DNA of 64,000 nucleotides, from assembly GCA_040754455.1 (NCBI GenBank), contig JBFMCP010000004.1, positions 52,413 to 116,412 of the forward strand, given 5' to 3'. Position numbers and translations under genes: made by a program. Under the pieces are notes generated by a model. It saw only the letters and a program-made list of their open reading frames with translations, did no database searches and was not told the origin of the DNA. The number at the start of each line of letters is the position of its first letter. The first letter of the stretch is position 1. Source of the stretch: Nitrospirota bacterium. Its GTDB lineage: Bacteria > Nitrospirota > Thermodesulfovibrionia > Thermodesulfovibrionales > Dissulfurispiraceae. Of this stretch, positions 12,462-22,253 are shown piece by piece.

Positions 12462-12746
12462 CCCCTTCCTATAACGTGTCTCTTTTTTCTGATATGCCCT
12501 CCGCCTTCCCATCAGGAGCCCCTTGCTTTTTTAGAGCAGGGCGTCGTAATGTAAGAGGCAGGATATCGATGACGGCAAGCAAAAGTCCCGATATGAAAGC
12601 AATCTCACTTACAAATTCTGTTGATTTTCAAATAACGACGGTACTCTACGCCCCTGACACATCCATAGGACGGCCCTTATCACCCTTTTTCTGTGTGCCT
12701 TCAGCAGTGCTCGGGGGGGCTTTGTTTGCAAGGAGTATTTCAGAGT

Positions 12747-13607
12747 ATGCTGAAGCTGCGTGACGGTATTGTCGAGCTGTATAAAAAGGTTGCCACCTCT
12801 ATTCCCACTGATGTAGAGGAGGCCCTGAAGAATGCTTGTGCAAAGGAAACATCCCCTCTCGCCAGGGAATCACTCGCAATAGTCCTCAAGAATATTTCGA
12901 CGGCACGGACCGAAGCGCGCCCTCTCTGTCAGGATACGGGATTCCCTGTCTTCTTCATCAGTGCTCCTCAGGGCTTGAGCCATCAGCTCATTCGAGATGT
13001 CATTATCGATGCCACACGTATCGCTACCAAGCGTATACCGCTCAGAGCCAATGCGGTGAGCATCACCACAGAAAAAAATTCCGGAGATAACGTCGGTGAT
13101 TATTTCCCGCTTGTCTATATCGAAGAGACTGCTGAGCAGGCCTTGACGGTTGATCTCATGCTCAAGGGAGGCGGCAGCGAGAATCTCGGCCAGGTATATA
13201 AACTCCCTGCAACACTCAACATAGGCGGTCATGAGACTATTGCGGAGAGAGATTTCGAGGGCATCAGGAAGTGTGTCCTCGATGCTGTGGTTAAAGCCCA
13301 GGGTAAAGGATGCCCTCCCTACACTGTCGCTGTCGGCGTGGGCGGAGCCAAGGACCAGGTGTCGTTCCTCTCGAAACGACAGCTGATGAGACGCCTGACT
13401 CATGCGAGCCCTGATCCGGTGCTTGCCGATCTTGAAACAAAAATCCTTAATGAGCTCAACACTCTTGAAATAGGTCCCCTCGGTTTTGGCGGAAAGACTA
13501 CTGCCATCGGCGTCAAAATAGCCGCTGCCCATCGCCACCCGGCGTCCTATTTTGTCGATGTATCATTTGCCTGCTGGGCGAACCGCCGGGGGAGACTGAT
13601 ATGGTAA
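12747..13607 (+). CDS. Class I fumarate hydratase / tartrate dehydratase alpha subunit
   Basis: PLCQDTG, KGGGSEN, GCPP, HPAS...CWANR. Confidence 0.92.
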   Translation: MLKLRDGIVELYKKVATSIPTDVEEALKNACAKETSPLARESLAIVLKNISTARTEARPLCQDTGFPVFFISAPQGLSHQLIRDVIIDATRIATKRIPLRANAVSITTEKNSGDNVGDYFPLVYIEETAEQALTVDLMLKGGGSENLGQVYKLPATLNIGGHETIAERDFEGIRKCVLDAVVKAQGKGCPPYTVAVGVGGAKDQVSFLSKRQLMRRLTHASPDPVLADLETKILNELNTLEIGPLGFGGKTTAIGVKIAAAHRHPASYFVDVSFACWANRRGRLIW

Positions 13608-13628
13608 GAAAGTCAGAAGGGAGTTGCG

Positions 13629-14219
13629 ATGGGCGCTAAGAAAATAAATCTCCCCCTTACAAAGGAGGACGTTTTAGGGTTCAGGGTCGGCGATATGTTC
13701 CTCCTAAGCGGATTGATCGTCACCGGCCGCGATAAGGCCCATAAGTTCCTCGTCAATGAAGCCCCTTCTGCCGGAGAAATGCCTTTTGATCTTAACGGGG
13801 GGGTTATTTACCACTGCGGCCCTATCATCAGCAAAACTGATGACAGCTACCGGCTCATCGCCGCAGGACCCACAACGAGCATGAGGGTAGAGATGTATGA
13901 GGCTGACGTTATAAAAAAATACGGGGTCAGGGGTATCATCGGCAAAGGCGGGATGGGAGAACAGACACTCAATACGCTTAAAGAATATGGAGGGGTCTAT
14001 TTTCATACTATAAGCGGTGCCGCCGTATACCTCGCCGACCGTATCAAGCGAGTCGTCAGCGGTTGGAAGATCGAGGAATTCGGTGCACCAGAAGCGATGT
14101 GGCTGCTCGAGGTGGAAGACTTCCCGGTGGTGGTGACTATGGACGCCCACGGAAACAGCCTGCACCGGGGAATAGAAAAGGCATCCTTCGAAAACGTAAA
14201 AAAGTTATTAGGGGGATGA
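13629..14219 (+). CDS. Class I fumarate hydratase beta subunit
   Basis: GRDKAH, YHCGP, GPTTSMR, GKGGM, MDAHGNSLH. Confidence 0.92.
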   Translation: MGAKKINLPLTKEDVLGFRVGDMFLLSGLIVTGRDKAHKFLVNEAPSAGEMPFDLNGGVIYHCGPIISKTDDSYRLIAAGPTTSMRVEMYEADVIKKYGVRGIIGKGGMGEQTLNTLKEYGGVYFHTISGAAVYLADRIKRVVSGWKIEEFGAPEAMWLLEVEDFPVVVTMDAHGNSLHRGIEKASFENVKKLLGG

Positions 14220-14221
14220 TA

Positions 14222-14310
14222 TCAAACTTTAAAAATAAAAGAGAAAAATTAAAAGATAAGGAAGTGTTTTAAAATTTTGAATTGTAATTTTACATTTTTC
14301 TTTTTGCATT
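14222..14310. repeat. AT-rich imperfect dyad element (copy 1)
   Basis: A-rich arm followed by a T-rich arm, with about 7-nt periodicity. Confidence 0.6.
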
Positions 14311-14387
14311 GTGATCTTTTGTGAGAGCATCTTGTATTAACGGTGCTCCGTCTTTCATTAATATCCGGGGGGAATCAGAAGAGCTCT

Positions 14388-15314
14388 ATGTTTTTCATAG
14401 CCGGCAGTACCGGGTTTGTCGGCAGGCATCTGGTGCAGGCACTTGACGAAAAGGGGCAGTGGGGCAGATGCCTGGTAAGGACGCCGGGGAAGTCAGAGCA
14501 GTGCAAGAAATACGGATTTGAAGCCGTCGCCGGTGACATTACCGGCCGCGAAAGCCTCAGAGGGAAACTCGCCGGCAGTACTGTCGTGGTCCATCTTGTC
14601 GGCATTATTGAAGAAAAAGACAATGTCACCTTTGAGCATGTCCATGTTACAGGAACGAAAAATCTCATCGACGAAGCAAAACAGGCAGGGATAAAGCATT
14701 TCTTCTACCAGAGCGCTCTCGGCGCCTCATTATCCTCGAAGTCGCGCTATCTCAAAACAAAAGCAGAAGCAGAAGAGATCGTGAAGGCAAGCGGCATTCC
14801 CTATACCATTTTTAGGCCATCGCTCATCGTCGGAAAGGGAGACGGGTTTACCGAACGGATGAAAGAGCTTATACGGCTTGGCCCCGTTGTACCTGTTCCC
14901 GGCAGCGGCACGGCGCGGTTCCAGCCGATCTATATAGGGGACTGGATCAAATGCTTTATGAGCATTTTTTCCAATCCCCTCCCCATTGTGCATAAGGACA
15001 CTCCTGTCTATGAATTCGGCGGACCTGAGCACCTGACCTATGACGAGCTGCTGATGCAGCTTATGGAGGCGCTCGATGTGCGCAAGCCGCTCATGCATGT
15101 GCCACTCGCCATGCTGAAAATGAGCCTGCCCTTTTCAAAGCTCACCCGGAGCATAGGAGGGCTTGTCGGCAAGAACATACCGTCTGTTACCGGTGAGCAG
15201 CTGGAGCTGCTCCGGATCGATAACATCTGCGACAGGGCTGCAGTAAAAAAATATTTCGGCTTCTCCCCGCTCAGCTACCGGGAGGCACTGAAATTATTCG
15301 TCAAGGAGCGCTGA
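14388..15314 (+). CDS. NAD(P)-binding atypical SDR (NDUFA9-like)
   Basis: GSTGFVG Rossmann motif, VHLVGII, YLKTKAEAE, FRPSLIVG, FQPIYIGD. Confidence 0.88.
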   Translation: MFFIAGSTGFVGRHLVQALDEKGQWGRCLVRTPGKSEQCKKYGFEAVAGDITGRESLRGKLAGSTVVVHLVGIIEEKDNVTFEHVHVTGTKNLIDEAKQAGIKHFFYQSALGASLSSKSRYLKTKAEAEEIVKASGIPYTIFRPSLIVGKGDGFTERMKELIRLGPVVPVPGSGTARFQPIYIGDWIKCFMSIFSNPLPIVHKDTPVYEFGGPEHLTYDELLMQLMEALDVRKPLMHVPLAMLKMSLPFSKLTRSIGGLVGKNIPSVTGEQLELLRIDNICDRAAVKKYFGFSPLSYREALKLFVKER

Positions 15315-18300
15315 ATGGCACCCCGAAGGGTGTATGATTTGATGACCACAGATGTCATTACGCTGCCGAAACAGGCAACACTGCATGAGGCGGTCGAAAA
15401 GCTGGCAGCCCACAATATAAGCAGTCTCGTGGTGACGGAGAAGGCCATGCCTGTGGGGATTATCACCGAGCGCGATATCGCACGGATTGCGGCGACCCGC
15501 TCCGAAGCCTTCAGCAACGGCACATCTCTGCCGGTCGCTGATTTTATGTCAGAGAACCCGGTGACGATTTGCAAAAATGCCGATATCATTGCAACGCTCG
15601 AGATGATGGAGCGGAATACGATCAGGCGACTCGTAGTTACCGATAAACAGGGGCGGTTGAAGGGCATTATTACGTATTCTGATGTAGTGAAGAAGCTTGA
15701 AGAGGAGCTGTTCAAAGTCCATACCTCGATCGACTCAGTAACGACCAAAGAGATACTGAAGGTGGCACCCGAGGTGCCGCTCAAGACGGCAATTTACAAG
15801 ATGTCGGCCGAGAAGAAGAGCTGCATCCTCGTCGTTGCCGGTGCCTCTCCTGTGGGGATCCTCACCGAAAGGGACATTGTCAAGCTGCTGCTCAAAAAAA
15901 TCTCGATGGAGGTGCCGGTCAGCGAGGTTTGTACAAAGAATATCGTGTATGTCGACCAGCGCACCCTCCTCTATGATGCGCTGCGCATCATGAACGAGCG
16001 GGGCATACGGCATCTGGCGGTCGTGGACGATACGCTCACGTTGAAAGGAGTGGTGACCCAGACCGATATCATCAATCTCCTCCATTCCAATATCACGACG
16101 GGCATGAAAGATCAGCTGCAGCGGTTCAAGGAGTCCCTCGATATGCTCCAGACAGGGTTCATCGAGATTGAGCTGAATCATGAGGGAACGATCCTGTGGC
16201 TGAACAAACAAGGCGCCAAGGAGCTGGGCTTCGATACCGTGGAACATGTCATGGGCAAGTCCTTTGTGCGCATGCTCAAAGGCAGGGAGCAGTGGGTTGA
16301 TTTTTTAAGCAGGATCGACGGACAGACATCGGCAGTCACCTTTTCCTTTTACCTGAACAATAAGGTGATTGACGGCTCCTTCAGGCCGGGTGGGATTACG
16401 GTGAGCGGCATTTTCAGGGATGTCACCGACCGGTTCATCGAAAGCGAATCAATACGAAACGAACGGAACCGGTTCGAGAACATTGTAAAAACGCTTTCCG
16501 AAGGCCTCATGCTCTTTGACAGGAAAGGTGTCCTGAAAGAGGTCAACCAGGCGGCACTCGAGATGCTCGGTATGGTCGAGGAGGAACTCCTGGGGAAACC
16601 CTATCATGCCCAGAAATTCGCCATTATTGATGAATCAGGCAAGCTCCTTGGCGGGAACGATCTGCTTGTCCATCAGGTGCTCAAGACAGGGAAGGCGGTA
16701 AAGAACGTTATCCAGGGATTTAAAAAGGCCGAGGGGAGCGTGGTGTGGGTGAAGGCGAGTGTTACCCCTGCCTTTACGCCTGAAGGCGAGATAGAGGAAG
16801 TGGTCATGGTGATCACCGATATAACGGAGCTCTACAGTCTCGAAAAGAGAAACCAGAAGATCCTCGAGACCGCAAAGGAGGGGTATTGGGAGGTGACGCT
16901 CGAGGGACGCATCACGAGGGTCAATAAATCGCTTTCCGAGTTTCTCGGTTATAGAGAGAGCGAACTGCTCGGCGCATCAGTCTATGATATCGTTGATGAA
17001 GAAAACAGGAAGATTTTCGAGCAGGCCCTTGAGAAGAGAAAACAGGGGACCTCTGAAAGCTATACCATCACCTTAAAAAGCAAGAAGGGCCGTGACGTGT
17101 ACACGATGGTGTCGGCATCGCCGCTTTCCGATGCTTCGGGAAGAGTGACCGGAGCCTTTGCCTTCATTACCGACCTGTCGGACCTCAAGACCACCCACAG
17201 GGAGCTTGAACGGCAACACAGCACGCTTGCCGCTATTAACGAGGCGATCGTTTCGTATATCCGTTCCGATGACATAAAAGCTCCTATCGAGCTTATCCTC
17301 AATGCCGCCCTCAAGCTTACCGAGAGCGAATACGGTGCGGTCGCGTCTTTTCATGATTCCGGCGATGAAAAGGGACTCCGCATCATCAGTATCAGTGGTG
17401 CAGAGTGGAAGGGGGATAAGAACAAGGACCTGTACGACCGGGCGATGCAGCAACTTACCGCCAACGGCTCTATCAATTGCCCTTTCATGGGTAATCTCTT
17501 CAGTAGGGTGATCACAACCAAAAGGCCGGTTATCAGCAACAGTCCCGATGATGCTCACCGGAAAGGTGTGCCTGAGGGACATATGCCCCTGCGGACGTTC
17601 ATGGGAGTGCCCTTTCTGTGGCATGACCGGGTCATAGGGCTTATTGCTCTGGGCAATAAAAAAGGAGGATATGCGGAGTACGAACTCGATCTCATCGAGA
17701 CGATGGCCAGGAGCGTCTCCCTGATGCTCTATCGCGATGACGAACGGAAGGCGTCCATGCAGAAGGACTATATTCTGACCCTCATCGCCTCCATTTCGAG
17801 AGATCTTACCCGGGCATTGACTGAAGAGGAGGCCTACGGGATATTTCAGCATTATCTCCTTTCACTCAGGAGAGGGAACGCCCGTATTAATGCGCTGTCC
17901 TTTGTCATTATCGACTCGAGCAAGCACTATACGCAGGAGGTGGTTCGCTACAGCGACGAGGGACTGGAGGATGTGCACACCTTTCCGGGGCTTGATAAAT
18001 GTAAGGCGTATATCCATTCAGGGACGTTTTTGATCAGGGATCTCTCGAAAGATTATGCCTGCCCGTACCACAACCGAACGACGCATGCCGGCAGTTACTG
18101 CTGCACCGCCATCACTATAGGCGGCTCGATCGCCGGGGTGCTCTATATGTACAGCAAACAGGCCCACTTTTTTACCGAGGCCATCAAGGAGACGATCGAC
18201 AACTTTATTGCCCTGCTCGCACCGATCGTGAACAACATGAGGCTCCTGGAATCGAACAAGAAGCTGGCGCTCATCGATCCGCTCACCGGCCTTTATAACA

Positions 18301-18758
18301 GGCGCTATCTCGAGGCGTTCATGGACAAGCAGCTCGCCATCGCCGAGCGCAACAACCAGCTCCTGAGCATCGTCATGTTCGATATCGATAACTTCAAGAC
18401 GTTCAATGATACGTACGGCCACGATGCCGGAGATATGGCGCTTAGAGGTATTTCGCAGACCATCGCAAGGAATATACGCACTTCGGACATCGGCGTGCGC
18501 TACGGCGGAGAAGAGTTCATTATTGTCCTGCCCAATACTGATAAAATGACGGCACTCGAGGTTGCCGAGCGGATACGTCTTACGGTTGAGACGACGCCCA
18601 TTACTATCAGCCGGGACAGGCGTACGGGGATGACGGCAAGCTTCGGCGTGGCGACGTACGGTGTTGATGCAGAGAGCCTCGACGGGATTATCGCAAAGGC
18701 CGATGCAGCCCTTTACAATGCAAAAAAGGCAGGAAAGAACAGGACCTGTCTGGCGTAA
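15315..18758 (+). CDS. Diguanylate cyclase with 4 CBS, PAS and GAF domains
   Basis: Two CBS pairs (GIITERDI, GILTERDI), PAS repeats, GAF (GVPEGHMPLRTFMGVP), DPLTGLYNRR, RxxD and GGEEF. Confidence 0.93.
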   Translation: MAPRRVYDLMTTDVITLPKQATLHEAVEKLAAHNISSLVVTEKAMPVGIITERDIARIAATRSEAFSNGTSLPVADFMSENPVTICKNADIIATLEMMERNTIRRLVVTDKQGRLKGIITYSDVVKKLEEELFKVHTSIDSVTTKEILKVAPEVPLKTAIYKMSAEKKSCILVVAGASPVGILTERDIVKLLLKKISMEVPVSEVCTKNIVYVDQRTLLYDALRIMNERGIRHLAVVDDTLTLKGVVTQTDIINLLHSNITTGMKDQLQRFKESLDMLQTGFIEIELNHEGTILWLNKQGAKELGFDTVEHVMGKSFVRMLKGREQWVDFLSRIDGQTSAVTFSFYLNNKVIDGSFRPGGITVSGIFRDVTDRFIESESIRNERNRFENIVKTLSEGLMLFDRKGVLKEVNQAALEMLGMVEEELLGKPYHAQKFAIIDESGKLLGGNDLLVHQVLKTGKAVKNVIQGFKKAEGSVVWVKASVTPAFTPEGEIEEVVMVITDITELYSLEKRNQKILETAKEGYWEVTLEGRITRVNKSLSEFLGYRESELLGASVYDIVDEENRKIFEQALEKRKQGTSESYTITLKSKKGRDVYTMVSASPLSDASGRVTGAFAFITDLSDLKTTHRELERQHSTLAAINEAIVSYIRSDDIKAPIELILNAALKLTESEYGAVASFHDSGDEKGLRIISISGAEWKGDKNKDLYDRAMQQLTANGSINCPFMGNLFSRVITTKRPVISNSPDDAHRKGVPEGHMPLRTFMGVPFLWHDRVIGLIALGNKKGGYAEYELDLIETMARSVSLMLYRDDERKASMQKDYILTLIASISRDLTRALTEEEAYGIFQHYLLSLRRGNARINALSFVIIDSSKHYTQEVVRYSDEGLEDVHTFPGLDKCKAYIHSGTFLIRDLSKDYACPYHNRTTHAGSYCCTAITIGGSIAGVLYMYSKQAHFFTEAIKETIDNFIALLAPIVNNMRLLESNKKLALIDPLTGLYNRRYLEAFMDKQLAIAERNNQLLSIVMFDIDNFKTFNDTYGHDAGDMALRGISQTIARNIRTSDIGVRYGGEEFIIVLPNTDKMTALEVAERIRLTVETTPITISRDRRTGMTASFGVATYGVDAESLDGIIAKADAALYNAKKAGKNRTCLA

Positions 18759-18840
18759 ACAAAATTTAAAATGCAAAAATAAAAATTAAAAATTGTGGAA
18801 TTCCATATTTTTTATTTTTACTTTTTAAATTTTGCATTTA
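18759..18840. repeat. AT-rich imperfect dyad element (copy 2), between convergent genes
   Basis: aatgcaaaaataaaaattaaaaatt...tttttatttttactttttaaattttgcatt. Confidence 0.65.
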
Positions 18841-19257
18841 CTTGACGACCAGCACCGAACACTTTGCATGGTCAACGACTTTTGTCGAAACGCTTCCGAG
18901 GAGGAATTTTTTCGCGCCGTGCCTTCCGTGCGAACCGGTTACGATGAGATCGACCTTCATCTTCTGGGCGGTCTCGAGGATTTTTTCAGCCGGGTCGCCC
19001 TGCCGTATCAGGGTCTTGACCTCGATTGACTTTCCGGAAAGTGATTTGCGTATTTTTTCCATTGCCTCCCTCGTCTCCTCCGAGAGAGACTCAAAGATGC
19101 GGCCTCTGTCCGCTTCGGGAAGCTCGGTAAGATACAGCTCAGGGACAACGGCGAGAACGGTAAGAGAGCCGTTGAGGCCTACGGCGATCTCAATGGCCTT
19201 TTTCAACGCCTTATCCGAAGACTTGGAACCATCATGGGCTACGAGTATTTTTTGCAT
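18838..19257 (-). CDS. Universal stress protein
   Basis: ILVAHDGS, GDPAEKI, DLIVTGSHG..LLGSVS. Confidence 0.93.
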   Translation of the reverse strand: MQKILVAHDGSKSSDKALKKAIEIAVGLNGSLTVLAVVPELYLTELPEADRGRIFESLSEETREAMEKIRKSLSGKSIEVKTLIRQGDPAEKILETAQKMKVDLIVTGSHGRHGAKKFLLGSVSTKVVDHAKCSVLVVK

Positions 19258-19378
19258 CCTTCCTCCTTCTTATTCCGCGTGCGCCGCAGGTAATGAATAT
19301 GCCGTTTCCCTCTGTGCTTCAAAGAGCCGATCTGCCGAATGTACCCTTACCTACTGCTAAACGTTATTTTATCATATT

Positions 19379-20725
19379 TTATCGAGACTTAACATAGATT
19401 CTTATAGGGGTGCCCTTGAAGGAATACTGTTCCCGCAGGGCCTTTTCGAGAAATCTGAGGTGCTGGCCCTTGATGGCAGCATGATAGTTGACGAAGACCG
19501 TAAAGGTCGGAGGCGCTGTTCCCACCTGGGTCATGTAGTAGAACTTCAGCTCTTTTCCCCGGTAGGCGGGGAAGGGTTTGGAAGAGAGGACCTGCGCGAG
19601 GAACTTGTTGAGTTCGCCGGTGGATATCCGTTTTGCTCTTTCAGCAAGGATTTCGTCGATGAGAGGAAATATCTTGCCGGTCCTCTTTTTTTCGAGTCCC
19701 GATGTCGTAAGCACAGGAACGTACTCCATAAACCATATTTTGTTGCGGAGCTCCTGCGTAAGCCTTTTATAATCCCGGTCAGGGTCCTGCATGAGGTCCC
19801 ATTTGTTCAACAGAAAGAGAGCGCTCTTGCCGTATTCATGGACAATACCGGCCACCCGCTGATCCTGCTCGACGATCCCCTGTGCGGCATCGATAACGAT
19901 GATCGCTATATCGGAACGCTCTATGCTCTTGAGCGCCCTGAGCACCGAAAATCCCTCAACGGAATAACTCTGCGCCTTTTTGCGTATTCCGGCGGTGTCG
20001 ATGAAGAGATATCTTTTACCGTAATAGGTGCAGATGGAGTCGATGGCATCCCGCGTTGTACCCGGAATCGAACTGACCACGAGACGTTTCTTGCCCAGAA
20101 GGGTGTTGATGAGCGTCGACTTGCCCACATTGGGTCTCCCGACGACGGCGACCTTCGGGAGCTCCATAATCTCCTGTCCGACAGGCGGTGCAGCGCCTTC
20201 CGGCGGCAGGGCGGCAATCAGCTTTTCCATGAATTCGTCAAAGTTATAGCCGGTAATCGCAGAGACGGGAATGACCTCATCCGCTCCGATGCGGTAGAAT
20301 TCCGCTATCCGGTCTTCTTTCGAGGGAGTATCTATTTTATTGATAACCCAGAGGATGCGCTTCCCTGATTTTCTGAGCACGGCCGAGAGCTCCTCATCCG
20401 AAGGGGTAAGTCCCTCCTTGCCATCGAGGAGATGGACGATCACATCGGCCTCATCAATGGCGAGCATTGCCTGCTCCCGCACCTGCTCGGCGATCTCGGC
20501 GCTTTCGTGCGGCAGTCCCTCGGCGTAAAATCCGCCGGTATCGACAACGGAGAACACCTTGTCCTCCCATTCCGCCTGTCCGTAGTTTCTGTCCCGCGTG
20601 ATGCCGGGAGTGCTCTCGGTAATGGCGGCGGTCTTTTGTGCTCTGGCCCCCCTTTTAATCATACGGTTAAAAAGGGCGGACTTGCCGACGTTTGGTCTTC
20701 CGACAATGGCAACGAGGGTGTGCAT
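19379..20725 (-). CDS. der: Ribosome biogenesis GTPase Der (EngA)
   Basis: Two GRPNVGKS G-domains, PGITRD/PGTTRD, C-terminal KH-like domain (FKGTPIR). Confidence 0.97.
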   Translation of the reverse strand: MHTLVAIVGRPNVGKSALFNRMIKRGARAQKTAAITESTPGITRDRNYGQAEWEDKVFSVVDTGGFYAEGLPHESAEIAEQVREQAMLAIDEADVIVHLLDGKEGLTPSDEELSAVLRKSGKRILWVINKIDTPSKEDRIAEFYRIGADEVIPVSAITGYNFDEFMEKLIAALPPEGAAPPVGQEIMELPKVAVVGRPNVGKSTLINTLLGKKRLVVSSIPGTTRDAIDSICTYYGKRYLFIDTAGIRKKAQSYSVEGFSVLRALKSIERSDIAIIVIDAAQGIVEQDQRVAGIVHEYGKSALFLLNKWDLMQDPDRDYKRLTQELRNKIWFMEYVPVLTTSGLEKKRTGKIFPLIDEILAERAKRISTGELNKFLAQVLSSKPFPAYRGKELKFYYMTQVGTAPPTFTVFVNYHAAIKGQHLRFLEKALREQYSFKGTPIRIYVKSR

Positions 20726-20727
20726 AC

Positions 20728-22098
20728 TCAGCTGTGGGGCTCAGTGATATCGTAGGTCTTTATCTTTTTGTGAAGGTTGCTTCGCTCAACAGCGATAGCC
20801 TCTGAGGTCTTTGAGATATTCCAGTTGTTTTCTTCGAGCTTCCGTATAATGAAGTCTCGCTCAAAGGCATCGCGGGCATCCTTCAGGGTCGTATAAGAAA
20901 AATAATCATACTCTCTGAGGGACTGGCGGGACTGCAAGATGCCCAGCAGTTCGACGTCCGCTTTGGAGATGATCTTTGAAGGGACCATGATCATAAGCCG
21001 CTCGACGATATTTTTCAATTCCCGTATATTGCCCGGCCAGTCATGATTCTGGAGCAGTGCAATGACATCAGGAGCGAGTTCCTTCGGCCTCATGCCGTTC
21101 TCAAAGGCAAAAAGCTCAATGAGATGCGCTATCAGTTGAGGGATGTCTTCACGCCGTTCCCGCAGAGGGGGGATAATAAGAGGGATGACATTCAGTCTGA
21201 AGTAGAGATCTTCCCTGAAGTTTCCCTTTCTTACTTCCTCCGCAAGGTCTTTGTTGGTCGCAGCAATAATCCTGACATCGACCTTTATGTTCTTGCTGCC
21301 GCCGACCTTCTGGAATACCTGGGTCTCGATGACTCTGAGCACCTTTGCCTGGGTCGTCAGTGTCATATCCCCGATTTCATCAAGAAAGAGCGTCCCTTTG
21401 TCAGCCAGCTCGAATTTACCGCTCTTCTTTTCCGTAGCACCGGTGAAGGCGCCCTTTTCATGGCCAAAGAGCTCGCTCTCGATAAGCTCCTGCGGTATGG
21501 CGGCGCAGTTGACCTCGACAAAGGGCTCGCGGGAGCGGGAGCTTTTCTCATGCAGAAGCCGCGCGACGAGCTCTTTGCCGGTGCCGCTCTCGCCCAGGAT
21601 AAGCACCCTGCTGCTGCTCTGGGCCGCCATTTCGATCTGCTGCTTCAATATTCTCATTTTAGGGGAATCTCCCACCAATGTCCATTTTCTGCTTAATCCT
21701 GCCTTGAGAGAACGGTTCTCTTCCTCAAGCCTCCTTCGCTCCAGTGCCCTTCGGGCAACAATCAACACTTTCTCAAGCGAGAGGGGCTTTTCGAGGAAAT
21801 CGTATGCCCCTGAGCGCGTGGCCTTTACTGCCACCTCGATATTCCCGTGTCCTGAAATCATAATGACGGGAAGATTACTGTCGATCTCTTTCATTTTTAT
21901 GAGGGTCTCGATGCCGTCCATCCGGGGAAGCCATACATCGAGCAGGACGACGTCGGGCGCATGGTCTCTCACGCTCTCGACCGCCTCCTCTCCTGATGAG
22001 GCGGTGACCACCTGGTAGCCCTCGTCTTCGAATATTCCGGAGAGACTCTCTCTTATGCCCTCTTCGTCATCGACGATTAATACGGTTGCTTTTCCCAC
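20728..22098 (-). CDS. Sigma54-type response regulator, NtrX-like
   Basis: REC (MISGHG), GAFTGA, HTH ERSNLHKKIK; follows an NtrY-like kinase. Confidence 0.88.
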   Translation of the reverse strand: MGKATVLIVDDEEGIRESLSGIFEDEGYQVVTASSGEEAVESVRDHAPDVVLLDVWLPRMDGIETLIKMKEIDSNLPVIMISGHGNIEVAVKATRSGAYDFLEKPLSLEKVLIVARRALERRRLEEENRSLKAGLSRKWTLVGDSPKMRILKQQIEMAAQSSSRVLILGESGTGKELVARLLHEKSSRSREPFVEVNCAAIPQELIESELFGHEKGAFTGATEKKSGKFELADKGTLFLDEIGDMTLTTQAKVLRVIETQVFQKVGGSKNIKVDVRIIAATNKDLAEEVRKGNFREDLYFRLNVIPLIIPPLRERREDIPQLIAHLIELFAFENGMRPKELAPDVIALLQNHDWPGNIRELKNIVERLMIMVPSKIISKADVELLGILQSRQSLREYDYFSYTTLKDARDAFERDFIIRKLEENNWNISKTSEAIAVERSNLHKKIKTYDITEPHS

Positions 22099-22172
22099 AC
22101 TGCATCCTTTTGTATAAAGCTGGTGCTATGGTGAATATTATAGCTTAGATAGCCGCCCGAGAGCATCGGACC

Positions 22173-22253
22173 TTCAAAAAGCAAAGATCAAAGAGCAAAA
22201 ATAAAAATTAAGAATTCTTTATTTTTTCATTTTGCTTTTTACTTTTTGTTTTA
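22173..22253. repeat. AT-rich imperfect dyad element (copy 3)
   Basis: Shares aaagagcaaaa and ttttcattttgcttttt with the copy at 34179-34258. Confidence 0.65.
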
